DNA of 64,000 nucleotides from Phallusia mammillata (lineage: Eukaryota). The notes beneath the pieces are model-generated. The model had not been told where the DNA came from, did not search any database, and saw nothing but the letters and a program-made list of their open reading frames with translations. Location of the stretch: contig OZ281500.1 of NCBI GenBank assembly GCA_965637545.1, forward strand, positions 310,001 through 374,000, in the 5' to 3' direction. This document shows positions 24,047 to 37,600 of the stretch, one piece after another. Position 1 is the first letter of the stretch. Every line of letters starts with the position of its first letter. A program made the translations under genes and the position numbers.

Positions 24047-27000
24047 GCCACACCCCTAATACAGACTAGTTGCTTAAAAGTTTGGTTGTATTAAGTTTTC
24101 ATTTGCAAACGTGGTTGCAACAAAGTAAACTCAATATAGTGAGGTTTTTGCAACATTGATTTTTCCAGTGCTACGGTTTTGTGCCAGGGGTCGATATTAG
24201 GAAACACAACCTTTCCTACGTGTCTACGTTGTTGTTCTTTGTTACAGTTGGTAAGCTTATGCGTAGCATCCCTACTGCTTGACCTTCGTGATATCGATTC
24301 GTCCGTGTTGTATCTGTGCCTGAGATTTTACGACTCGCGTGTTTTCAATTCCACACCACGCGATGTTTGCAACCGAACCCGAACCTTACGCTTATGTTCA
24401 GCAAACAATTCCATTTCGTCTTCAGGTTGTTCTTATATTTAAGCTCTGCTTCACGATTTTCACAACACCAAATAATATTTCGCATCACATAGCATAAACA
24501 ATAACTGTGTCCTCGACAAAACAGGATGAAACCAATATACAAGTACAGATTTACGTGTGAACATGGGCACGAGGAAAAACTTGTTTATCATAACCTCATG
24601 CTACACCCAGTAATGCTATAGATTTATTTAGCTGAATTCCAGGCTTAGCAACCACAGAAAAGGGTGAGTTAAACTGGACCTTATGTTTTTAGTGGCACAT
24701 TTATGTTCACTAACTTGGTGAAGGTTTCGTACAAGTACTGACCGATTCGCTTGATGCGCTTGCTTTGGGTTCACGATTGTTTGCGCGCAATGCGAACCGC
24801 TTCAAAGGATGTAATTGGGTGGAACATACCGGAAAATGTGGTTCCTTTGGAATGCGCTGCAATTTTGCGGCTGCGCTTTTGAATCGACGCAGTTACTGCA
24901 GAAAAAATATTTTGTTAGATTACCAACATTTTACATCTGCAACGGTGGTTTGATGAGATTTCAATTTCTGTTTGATTATTGGCAAAAAGTGAAATGACTG
25001 GAGTTAGCCTACGTTGAAATCTTTTAATGTTGAATCTGTGAAGGCAGTGGGCTTAGGAGGATGGTGTTGAATAATTCATGCATCGCAGCCGTCACTCCGC
25101 TGTAGGGAGGATAATTGTACCTGGAATCACGAAACGACCAGGCAATCTTATTCTCCGCAAGCTAAGCAGTCCAGAAATATTGATTTTGCGTCATACAGTT
25201 GTGCGTGCCGGACAAACAGCACGCTTCGTTATTTTAAAGTAGATCTGAGCGATTGTCGGGAAATTCGACACAGTTTCATTGAAATAACAAAACGAGCCAG
25301 AATTCTGAGAAAAGAAACCGCGATCTCTCGTGTTTTAAACGGATGCGTTGCTTATTGTGTTGCCGGCGTCGACGTGCAGTCAATCATGCGTGATATCACG
25401 TGATAAACTCGCGTGGGCCGAATATCACGCCACCCTGTTGTCACGTGACCGTTTGATTGACAGGCGCAGTTTGCAATGCTGCGTGTGATTTTGCACAGGA
25501 CTTTGTTCAGTTGTGTTAAAGTCCAACTGCGGTCGCCCTTCGAAGAAAACCCGCTACCCCTATTTCAGTTCAATGTTGGGTTGCCAACCATGTTGCATCG
25601 CATAAATTGACACCCTTGGCAAGAAAATAAGTTTTAGCTCTTGCAAACCCGTTGATTAGCTGTGAAAAGTGAAAGCAACAATAACTTGTTTTGTGTATGT
25701 CAAAAAATGAAAACAGCGTAAAAAATAACACGGTTTGGATTACCCCAAAACAGCAGTTTTTTGTGTGGAAACGCCCCTGGTTTACCAACAGCAACGCATG
25801 CGGTCCTCCCACGCACATTTAGATGTTTTGTTTATTTTTATCGCCTGTTTATTAGTCACTCACATCTCACGCGGTTTCCGGCATATTGTGTTGAAATGAC
25901 GTGGACGTCCCTTTATGTGTCACAATCCAACCCTGCCGACATCCTGATGCCCTGTAAACTTCCACAACAAGCAATACAATAAAGTCCAATACACCTGTAA
26001 ACTTTCATGAAACTTCATTACTGCAGAGAATTTTGCCGATTTTCTGCGAATTTTCATCCTTTATCACAAATCCTACCACCAACTGTTGCGCGATGCTTTT
26101 GAATTGAGTGATTGCTTCAATGCTGTCTGTTGAAGCAATAAAGTTGAGTTTAACTTGTCATCTTTAAATAATTTCCTTTTTAACAGGAGTACTTAATATT
26201 TGGGGAGATACTTTCGTTTTGTTGCATCAAAACGGAAGCAATAACCGGAATCTTTCCAACTTCAAGTGACTTATAGTTAGGATTTTATTCTGTGTTGTAC
26301 AGTTGATGTGGAATACAGAACGAAAAACCGAAAAACGTTAATCCCGCAAGGGTTTAGAGCCAGACAGACATAATATCTGAAACCGGGGTGGCGATCACAA
26401 ATTCTTTCCCGTTCGCCCGTAAGTGGGCGCTCATAAGCTGACCGCGATTGTCTTTCATTTGTCGCATAGCAACAAAAAAGGGAACCTTGTGTTTCGATAG
26501 AAGTAGGATTACCATGAAACTGATTGCAGCTTGTTTTTCGTGGAAACAATCGAGTCATGGTGTTTTCGTTGTCACCGGGAGAATTAAAAAGTCGTGAACA
26601 GATGCCGCATTGCATCAGTAGACGGTTAAGCTGAAATGAGAAGCGTAGCTTGCATCATCTAAACAAAGTTACATTGGGCAGGGGAAAGTTTAGTCATGTT
26701 TTATATGGGAGATTGAACTTTTTGGTTTTGGAGTAAATTTGCAGGTGGCAAGATTGGAAATGCAATTTTTGCGGTCGAATTTAACTAAACTTTAGCCTAC
26801 TTAGCGGTCCAGCGGCTTTTCCAGCGCTCTGATTGGCCGACTGCCGCTGTATCGATGCGCTTGAGTGGTTTCGGCGGTCGCGTGACAATCTTGTGATGCG
26901 CCACGCGTTTCGGCGAGTGGGGAGAAAAGTTTCGGCGCGGCATTGTTGCTGCTTTGGTTGGAATTCGATAATTTTTTCGGGGTACTTTCCAAAATATTCC

Positions 27001-28606
27001 GGTGTGACCTGTGAAATTCGTGGAAAAATTTTTAAGCGGTTAAAATCATCAATGCGTGTTGTTTGTTTCAGTAAAAGTCAGTAATACTTGAACAAATCAC
27101 TGGAAAAGTAAAAGTTGGCATCGCTTGAGGATGGTTCGATTGTTCTCACTGCAGAGACTTTACTACTCGCAAAATTGACGTTCAAATAAAATTTGTGGTC
27201 GAAGGTAAAATGGGGCGTTGTTATAGACGGCTGATGTTTGCTTACTTCCTATGGTTATTCCTGTCGCTTGTTTGCGGTTTGAAGTGCTATTATTAGGGTT
27301 GGGCATCGTGTTTGCTGATTCATCCACACCATTAGTTCCAAGTTTGAAAATAAATATCTAGTTTTGAGCTGAAAACCAGGTAGAAAGTTCCGAGCATTTC
27401 AGTGGGCGTCTAATGCCATCGTATACAGTTTACGACTTGCATTGTATGACTTCACTTTATAAAAAGCTACAGGCCACCCGTAAACGTTCTCACAAAGCCG
27501 CCTGGTAGTGTTTGACTTCGCTTGTTGAGCAGAAAGTCGGTGTTAGGTGTTCAATGTTTCCGAATTTTGCGGTCGTAAGTTTTGTAGCGGTTAGGGTAAC
27601 TTCGCTTCAAAGTCACCGAATATTAGGTGTTGGGTTTATTTCAGTGCAAACTCGATGTTGTAGGCGTTTTTAGGAACTTATTTCACAGTTTATTTTATTC
27701 AAACAAGTGACCAAACACGCTGGAACAATGACGTTTCGGCAGCATTATTTCACATGTTTTGACGAAATATCTTTACGTCAACACAGACTAGTGTTTTTTT
27801 CTTGTGAAATATAATATTAGAAGACTATTTCGAACAATCTGTTAGTTTTTCAATCATAGTGTTTTTATGGTGAAGCAGAAGTAAGTTTGAAGTTACCTGA
27901 TAAAAAGCAGCAGTTTAAAGATGAATGACTCAGCAAAACGTTTAAATCGTAACCGAAAGTCAAAATGACATCATGAAAAAAGTCAAAATTCTAGGATTGT
28001 GAAAATCGTGGAGAAAACTTTCGAATTACTTTCGCCCAAAAACGTTTTTTGATCGGCGTAAAATTTTGCCGAAAAACGTTTTTTGATCGGCGATCACTTG
28101 ATCAACTTCGCTCGTTGCTAGGCGATGCTGGTCACGTAGTGTTTTGGAACGTTTATAACGTCACAACGCCTTTTATGTGACCACAAAAGACCCAACACGT
28201 GACCACAAAAGACCAACCACGTGACCAACTTGCGATCACGCGACCGCGCGAGCTTTACTGCCGCTCCGATTGTGACGATTCAATTGAAACTGACCGAATC
28301 CCCGGTGGTGAATGGCTTTGTGAGGCCGCGTCCATTCACCTAAAAAGATTTGGTGGTTTTAGAGTTTCGCGTCTGTCAACTGCAGATGTGTGGGTGGGTG
28401 TGGAAAAATCCGGTTGTTTGTTAATGTGCTATAAGTCGTGCTGGGCACATTCTCGCAACCAGCGTAAGATATTCGTGTGTACCTTGTAGCTAAAATTTTC
28501 TGTGGTGGATTTCAGGGTGTCAGGCCTTCTGTTGTGTTGTAAAATTACTTTGTGTGGGAAAAATATTGAGAAATTACAAGCTGCGTCAAACAAAGCGCTT
28601 GAACCC

Positions 28607-31600
28607 ATGTTGAAGAGTCCAAGTTTGAATGGCGTGCCGCAAACCGACACATCAACGAATGTAAGCCGCAGCGAATCACAAGGAGACATTTCTCTGCAAG
28701 ACGACTCAGTAATTAATCCAGGTCACAGAAGGAGATCGTCTTGGCCTTGTGTCGAGTCCAACTCACTTCTCAGTGACAGCGAAATGACTAAGAGCAATCT
28801 TGTGCTGAGACAAGAACCGAGAGACACTAGTGACAGCAAACTTCATCCTAATCAAGATCTAGTGGTCCTCTGCAAGAAGTGTCGCCGTCTCAGGGCTGAC
28901 CGAGCTTCAGTTGATGATGCTACGACATTTAACTTTGCACCTGTGTCAAGTCGAGCCGAAATCTTGGATGGGAAACACTTGAAGTGGTCTTGTACGAACT
29001 GCGGTGCAATGGTGAAACTTCTGATAAGGAAACCTATTTCGGCTGACTTAGCTAGTGATGTGGATTTACGGAGTATTTCCAACAGTTTGTCACGTTCCAA
29101 ATCACGAAAGCTCAAGCGAAAATTATCACGTGTTCACAAAAATCTTCTTGCAACTCTTGGCATGACGTAAGTAACAGTGTTTCCAAAAATATTTCACGAC
29201 AAGCGTCAGGTGTACGTTTGCAAAGTTAGGTTCGTTTTTTAGCAAAATTAGGTCGTATAAAGCTGAAAAACACAGAGGCTGGTTCAATCACATAAAGACG
29301 GCTGTGCAATGCACCATCAGTATTTAGTTTTGTGGGTATAAATTATATTTTTCGCCAATTGGAAGTAATGCATTTCACAACTAGTCAGCCATTTTCTATT
29401 TTCTGCAATAAGCTGTTTGTAAAATCACAGCATAGAACAGGTTGGGCTACACAAGTAATGCACGCCAATTGTTGACAATAATTGTGATTTTTAGTCTCCT
29501 TCGTAAAACAGAATGAATTTATTTGTAGCATTTAAAACGATTTTGTTGTAAAATTGGCGGAAGAACGAATTGTGCTTGTCATAAATGAGAATAATTTCAG
29601 GGTAACAATATGAAATAAATTTGTTGTTAAATTTCCCGGGCAAGGTTGCCTTTATCCCGATTTATTTACAAGAAAAATGTTCAAAGCATTTTGTTAGCAC
29701 GGGCGTAAATCTATTTGCCGAGTTTGCGCTCAATTTAACGACAACCGACGCTATAACCGATTGTTTGCTCCAGTCACCTGACCTTATTATGACGTGTAGC
29801 CAACGTCACAGTCGCAATATGGCGGCGGACTGAGACGGTTCACCTTTAGCCCAGATTCGAGCGAGCTTATCTATTGTGCGTTTCATTCCACGGGTTTAGT
29901 TGTCTGTGGTTTGAAATTTCATCCAAGCAAGCGAATATCTGTCTGTTACTGACTGCGGGTTGCGAAACATGTGTGTCCTCGTCTGTTCTGCGCGAAACAT
30001 TATTATTGCTTTCACCTTAATTATTGACTTTAAAACACGGTGTTTAACTCATTAGGAAATCCTGGATTAAAATGTTTTTTTGTGTGGTGTCAACTTGTGA
30101 GTCTTGTATACTCGTTGCAAAATCACCCTGGTTCCCAAACTAGAAGATAATGTAATGACGTCAACTGCTTGAACGCGGCCTTCAACTTGTTTGTGTTTAT
30201 TGTCACGTGGGATCAATAATGTCACGTGATGGAAAGCTCTTCAGTATTGAACTTGACCACTTGCGGCGCTTTTTGTGGTTTTGCGTCAATCTTTACAACA
30301 CATCGACCGTTTCTAGCCTTCAGAACAGTCCTGCTATATCCGCATGTACGTCGTGGAAGCCTGTGTTGCTGTTTTGCCAGGTTTATATTTAGTTAAGTGG
30401 GATATTACCTTGTTTAGGTAGACCTATGTTCAGTAGCCAGCCGATTTAGGTCTTCAACACAGTGCAATGCTCCCGTTTATAAATCTTCACAATATTAATG
30501 TGAGAAACGTCACTTTATATTTTTAACTTTAGATAAATTAGATTGAATACAATCAACGATTTCGTTTATAAGTATTTATTAACCGGAATCTGCCGTCTGT
30601 TTGTTTTGGCCGATGTACTAAAGTAGATTCCCTTTCAATTGATGAAATGATTTGTCAAATTTAAACTCGAATTTAGAAGCGCTTCAAAAATTCAATTAGC
30701 AGAAACGCAAAACAAAAATAGAGCTAAAAAAGAACAAATATTTAAATTTGTTGTTTGTGCTCCTCATGGTGTGCGTTCATGGGTAACAGACCACATTCAC
30801 TGGTTTTCGCCGGATTTTTTCACCTTATTAACGAAACTTTTAACAATATGATATTTGTGTTTGAGTTGCTTCTAAAAGTTGTTTTTTACGATTCAAGGAG
30901 TAATGAGGTTACGGTTGTTTGTTTCAGTTCGAAAATTAGTCTATTTGAAGGCAACAAAAGTGTTTTTGAAGTTTTCGGGTTAAAACAAAACCACTATATG
31001 TTTGATGTCAATTTTATTCTAACCTTCTTTATCCGAATCAGATTACGCGTTCATTCTCTGTGTACTCGCGATTCCCTCCACACCTCATCGTTGGTTTGAT
31101 ATTAACCCGGTGAACTTTGCCCCATATACCGGCGCCCTTGTGATCGGTAACCAAGCAACCAGCAAATCGCAAGAAATTCAAATTCCAAGGTCGTCTGGTT
31201 GCCATGACATCGTATACGTCACAAAGTGTTTGAACATTCCGAACACCAGAAGCTTCCAACGTATGTTGTTGAAACCCGCCTATTTTACGATGTGAGCTGA
31301 TCGCAATAAAAATGCCTGTCCGAAATTATGGCTTCAGTTAAGCTATTGTTTACCAGGGTTTTCAAAAACTTGTGGTAAATTGGCTTGACAATCTACAAAC
31401 TGAAGGTCATGTAGACGTGTTGATTGGAGCACATAACCACAAACAGCTTGCACTATACTGTACTTACAAATATTGTCTGCTTTTTTGCTTAATTAGTGGT
31501 GTAAAGTCGCTTACGATAATTTTTCTTTTGTAAACTTCGCAGTGGGCAACCACAAACCAATTTCAAATAAATATTTGAGTCAGGTATTGTTTCACACATC

Positions 31601-34600
31601 ATTGAACATGACTGCGCTGCAATTTCGTTTCCCGCCAACTTTTTACCGTCTGTAGGTCATAGTTTACCGCCATGAGCACATTTATTGTGGTCACGCGCCA
31701 GTACACGCGCACTGTGGTGTGACTGGTGTCGAATTGTGCAGTGTCAGCAGTTTTTATCCGCACCTCGTCTGTGGTCACGGTCCGTTAGGCAACACAACAT
31801 CGCCGCACCATTGTTTGACAAACACTCCGGATATTTGCTTCAATCTTCTGCCAGTGTTAGACTTTGACTGGGCACGCGTGATGTTTCGCCCGTCCTCTAC
31901 TGCCAAGCCCACACTGTTCATCAGCAGTCTCCGCCAGTAGGAGATCAAATTTCACACGAAACACTTCGTAGCTTGACTTTTCAGTGGTTGACCGTTTTCG
32001 TTGCTGAGTTGTACCTGAAGATTTCGCTGGAGGATATGTTCAAGTTTTGTTTTGCCTTTAGTGGGTTCAGAAGCATTGCAGCGCAAAATGTTAGGTTCAA
32101 AATCACCTCAGAAGACGCAGTTTTCGAACCTGTTGTATAATTTCCCACAGGATTTATCAGGAGTGAAACGAAAGTTTTGACAAAGATTTTTTGACAGAGG
32201 AACCGAAACGCAGTGGTTATCTGAGCACGTGTTTTGCCCTTGGTGCAAAGTTTCAAGGTCGGAATGTTAATGAATATCACCTCGTTGATTTTGAGTTTGA
32301 GTTTATTTCGCCGGTTGAAACAAATCGTAGCAGCACAATCGCAGTAAAGTATTCACCAAGTCGGATTGCAATCAAAAGATAAGTTTTGGCGCAATGTTTG
32401 TTAATCAATAATTTCAGTCAAGTTTTTGTAAAGACGTTCAAATGGTAAGAAACGAGAGGTGATGAGGTCGCATTTTAGTTGTTGATTAACCAAAGGGTCG
32501 TTTTTGCCTTGAATCTCACGTCCTGCGCCTAGAGACCTAAACCAGTTGTCACGTAAGGCAGTGGTTCTCAAACTTTTTTTTGTTGCGACGCCTCTGGAAA
32601 AGTTTTCTGGACTTGCGACGCACCAGCAAATAAAAGTTAATGAGGATAAGTATTATTAAAGTTGTGTTTATTAATACAACAACAAAAAGTCACGAAACAA
32701 AATTTTTCTGCGACGCCCTTGGAAAATTAAACGACGCACCTGGGCGTCGCGACACACAGTTTGAGAACTACTGACGTAAGGTATTGTACAAGCTAACATG
32801 TTTCCTATGTTAAAACCTGAAACATATCGGATGTACGTTGGCGTGGTCTACCTTTTATCTCCATCATTATTCCAACAACAGTTCATCTGCGCGTTGTAAA
32901 CTGCTACTGTTGGGTTTTTCATCGATTTGAGGAATTGCTGTTAAGGCTGCGTTGTCTTTGGTTGTTTTTGGTGAAGTTCTACTTTTCATTATAAACATAT
33001 TGGCCAGTTTATATTTAAACGTTCAGGCAATAACTATCTAATTAACAGTGAAAATATTACGACTGCGCTGATTTTTTTTTTACTCAAATCGAAAGTGTTG
33101 CGATATAAAGGTGTCAGTTTATTTATGAACATATCAGTGAAAGTATTTACCACCAGCAAATAGTGTGAGTGTTTCCGGCATATTTGAGTTAGTTGCAGTC
33201 GAAGCCTAATGTCGATGTTGTGCCAGGTAGTTAACCTTCATTTGCATCAATTATTGAAGAGAGGCTGACGGTAAACGCACCTAGGGACGTTTAACTGTAT
33301 TGGAAGTTATCTCACGTAACTGAGCAACGCTGTTCGATTGATTCCTGGGTAGGTTTACAATAGGCGAGTGTCATATGTGTAGCAAACCCATGTAGGAACG
33401 CTGCTTTGGCCACAATGGTGGGAAGCAAGAAAAAGAAATCGAAGAACAAATTGAATCCTGCATCCCCGCTCAGTTCACCAGTGACGTAAGTTGGTTGAAA
33501 CCTTTGCTGCGAAATTCGGTTGATTAATGAATTATCTATATCAATGTTACTGTGTTTCAAACAAACACTTGAAAATTTAGCTCCTGTGTATAAAGAAGAA
33601 AATCTATAGGTTTATGTGAGCGAGATATGCGGTATGATTCAGCTAACTTTGTTTGTTAGCTAACGTGGTTCTACACCGTGCAAAGTCATTCGTGGTGAAA
33701 AGTTTTGAAGTGTATTGGTGACAAGTGGGGCGGAACGTCATTCTATTTGCTTTTCCCGTTTCCTCACGAGCAGTCATTTATTTGTTTGCTTCCAAGAACG
33801 GCTGAAACTTTTCGTGTGGTCATAATATTATCATGGTCAAGGAAAGTTTAATTAAAGTTCGTGTCGTGTTTAAAGTTGAGTCGCCTGAAACGTTTCGTGG
33901 CAATGTGCTGAACATGTATGTGGTGTCACATCAAATAACATTAAGTAAAAAAAACTGATGCGGACCAGCAAAAATAAAAAAAATAAAAATAAAACTAAAA
34001 CTATTGGTTTCAAACAAATTGTTTTTTCCATTGTACAAAGTGTGGTACAATATAACAAGTGAATTGGAAGTGTCTTGTACCAACTTGTGATTGCACCACC
34101 ACAGGTTTTTGATGCAAAGTAGCAACATGTATTCCCCCATTCCCCGCATAACTCAACATGTTGTGTTGCAGCCCTGAACTTCCAACTTTGGAGGAGTTGG
34201 AGAACGATGACCAGCGAAGCGAGGAAAGTCGTTCAGGCGTGACGAATAGTTCCGGTTCTTTGGCGACACCGAGCAGAGCGATGAACGGTGAAATCAACAT
34301 GTGAGTGCAAACCTCAACTTCGCAATGTATGATTTGAAATTCTTTAAACCAGCTGCTTCATTTGCAATGGTGATTTTATTCCTGCGATTGAAATATAAGG
34401 GAATGGATTGATGGACATTTGCGTAAAATTTGTATGATATTTTATTAGAAATTATTATATCGCGCCCAGCACACCGGGTTTTTACTTATTAATGAACCGA
34501 CAGAAGCATACGCGGGGTTTGCACAGATAGTGTAAGTGGATTATGGTGTAATAATTGCGTGGAATGGACCCGCTTATGTGTTTGTTCTATTTAGTTCAGA

Positions 34601-37600
34601 ACATATGCATAACATTCGTGTCAGAGCTGACCAGGTTTTCGTCAACGTTTTATTTCGACTTGAAAAAGTTTTCAGCTTCACAGAGCAGCTGTATTTTATC
34701 CGGTCATGCAAAGTTAAACTTCAGATGTTTTACTAGGTTGGAGCATGACCTAACGGAAGGCAACGAATTTCACGACACAAACGGCCATTATGTCGTCGTA
34801 GAACAACGCTCTGGTGCTGATGACGCCACAATCCCCATTCACAGATCGGTAAGTTTCGCCTTATTACGTCATAATAGGTTAAATAGGGGCTTCGGCTGAA
34901 GCATGGTTGTGACGTAACAGTATATCGGAGGTGGAAAAATCGGATATTTGTTGTGATGACGTAATACGTGGACGTTTGTTACGTCACAGTTGAACAGGAA
35001 CTGGTCGCGCTGTTAACTGGATTTTTCTTGCCTCGTTTCGAAAGCCTTCAGTTTTGTAGAGCAATATTCTTAGCGTTGGTAACACGTCTGCTTGCAATTT
35101 GAGACATTAACACCAGGGCGGCAGCTAAAACCGAAACCAATGTGTTCGCTTTAACACATGTTTGCACTTTCGGTCTGTATTGTGTCAATTATGCGGTGAA
35201 TAAAAACCTCGTAGGTTTCCCGTGGAGCACACGACTTTGTACTTAAATAGTTGACCTTGTGAGTTCTCTGGCTACTTGGAAACGGAAGCTGTGATTGGCT
35301 GATCGGGTTTCAGGGTGTATTGTCTGCAATGCATATTTCCACCCATAATAAAAACTTCCTCCATTTAAAAGTGGATTTACCCTGTTGTCTCGCGTAAAGC
35401 AACGTTTGCCCACCACCAGAAATCAGGAGTAACAAAGCTTCCACAATAAATTATTTGATGATTTTTACGTCGGTTATTTACACTTTTACATTACATACAC
35501 AATGTAGGGTTCTTAATATTATAATAAAGAAGATAAAAGCCTGTTTTTAAGTGCAAAGCATAACAACGTTTTGCATCAAATTAAAAAAAATAATTAAATT
35601 ATTGTAGGAGTTTAAAATTATTTTTTTGTAGGAATTTTGTGACATTTGTTGCCTTGTAAATCTAAATTGTTACTAAAACATATAACAATGAAGAGAATCA
35701 TAATTTTGTGGCATATATACAAGACAAAAGCTACCAAGCCGTTTGTTGATGTAAATATGACGTCACTTGTGGTTCCACAGTGGCGTGATAATGTTGAGAT
35801 AGTTTGGTTGTGGGCGTCTTGTCTTGTCTCGGTTAGTTGTGCTTCTGTGGGTTCAGTAAAGGCGTTTTAAAAAGCTTAAGTAAGTGGTTGATATATCAAC
35901 AAAGTAAAGTGTTTTTCTTTTATTACAAAGTTATTTCTGACATAAAGATGGTTTCGTACAGAACCGAGTTTCTTAACTTAGTCAGCAGGCTTGTGGTATT
36001 TTTGAAATAAGTAAGTTTAAGATAAGATGACACAACAGTTAAGCAACTCATAATGCGAGTAATGTGAAAAGACTATACTTTGTGAACAGGTTTGTAGATA
36101 AACATTGAAAAGTTAGTTATCATATTTTGTGTTTGTTGTTTAGAAGTCAACCACATCTGAATCCGCCCCAGTCAATCCACCACAAAGCAACGGTGCAAGC
36201 GAAACAGGTAGGCACACAGACCATAGTGGTTTCCACCAAATTCAACCGCTCTCATCAATTATTTAAAGAAACTGACACAAATTAGCATTCATCATTTCAA
36301 AACCATCAGCTTGAAAGGTTTCGATTGACCGGCTTATTGTGTTGTCATAATACGTTTATGACCTCATATAAGCCCTATAGTGACGTAGGTCAGTGATATG
36401 AATTGTGTGGTAGTTAGCTTACACCGGCTGCCAGCTAAACTGCGGCCCGAAATATCTTTGTTTGTTTTTGTAATCGATTCCGGAGATCGGTAGAAAGGAT
36501 TGTGACGTCATAGACGGTGAGCTATTGTGACGCATTTATAACTGATCTTTGTTATCGATTGTTAAATCGGTTTTGCAAATTACTTCTTAATGTTGACAAT
36601 TGAAACCTTTTATTGATTAAATAATTGATTTTGCCAGTTTAAATTAGATATGTTTGAAAAATTATTTTACTTTATTAAGTATAAGTTATATATGTAGGCG
36701 AATTTGTGGGTTAATTTATGTTTTAGAGGGTAAATTCACATCGGTTGGTGCTCACACATATTGTATTTCGGGATTTTTTGTCGATTCGAACATTTCCGTG
36801 GAATTCACCGCAATAAGATATTTATGGAAACATGAACGCTGTTTTGGGAAGCAATAAGATGTCGATGGCCAAACTCGACTGAAATAAAATTTCTTATGAA
36901 TTAAAATGCCGACATTTTATGTTGAAAGAATTTAATTGTTATTTGGTGTTATTCATAGCACTTCGACGCTTTCGTGACAAATAACGTAAAATAGAACGTT
37001 GTAATAAATAAAAAGTAAAAAAAGACAGATGAAAAAATGAAATTTAGGTTGAATTATTGCCTGAGAAAGTGATCGAAGAGCTATTACTTATTATTCAGTT
37101 ATCCATCGCATCCTAATGGTGGTAAAACAATAGCATTTTCCAAATTGTGCAGAAGGAGTAAACAAAAATGGAAAAAATGTACGTCCTTCTATTGTGGGTA
37201 TTTCTGTCCTAACAAAACATTTCGAACCCGCGAAGTTATCTCAAGAATAATAAATCACATTTTTTTTCGCATTATCATTGTGTTCATTTATTTTTCTTTT
37301 CAGACAACCTCGGGCTTGCGGAACCATCAACTAGCAAACTTTTCACGACCAAGGAATCATGTAGCAACGTCACAAGTCAACCTTTGACCCCGTCACGCTC
37401 CACCAGTGAAACATCACGTGATCTCAACACGCCATCGCCAAGCCCGAGCTCACAGGTGTAACCCGAAAGGAATGTAATTCGACGAAAAAGCACTGGTCCG
37501 AAAAATTTGCCGAGCCAAATGAGACAGCACCTAATTTGACTTTTTTAGATGTTTTTCGTGCATACCTTATTAGCTAAAACCGGTCGCATCACATGTTCTC

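Noticed and set aside
19941-25130. Additional minus-strand coding exons (donors at ~19940 and ~20721; ORFs 20671-20886, 21156-21452, 24345-24542)
   Set aside because: None provides the phase-2 donor in an open frame needed to join exon 19649, and none has recognisable homology.
25396-25449. SREBP E-box (ATCACGTGAT) or CLEAR (GTCACGTGAC) control of the sterol transporter GRAMD1
   Set aside because: The same motifs occur throughout the window, including in coding exons, so their presence here is not specific evidence.
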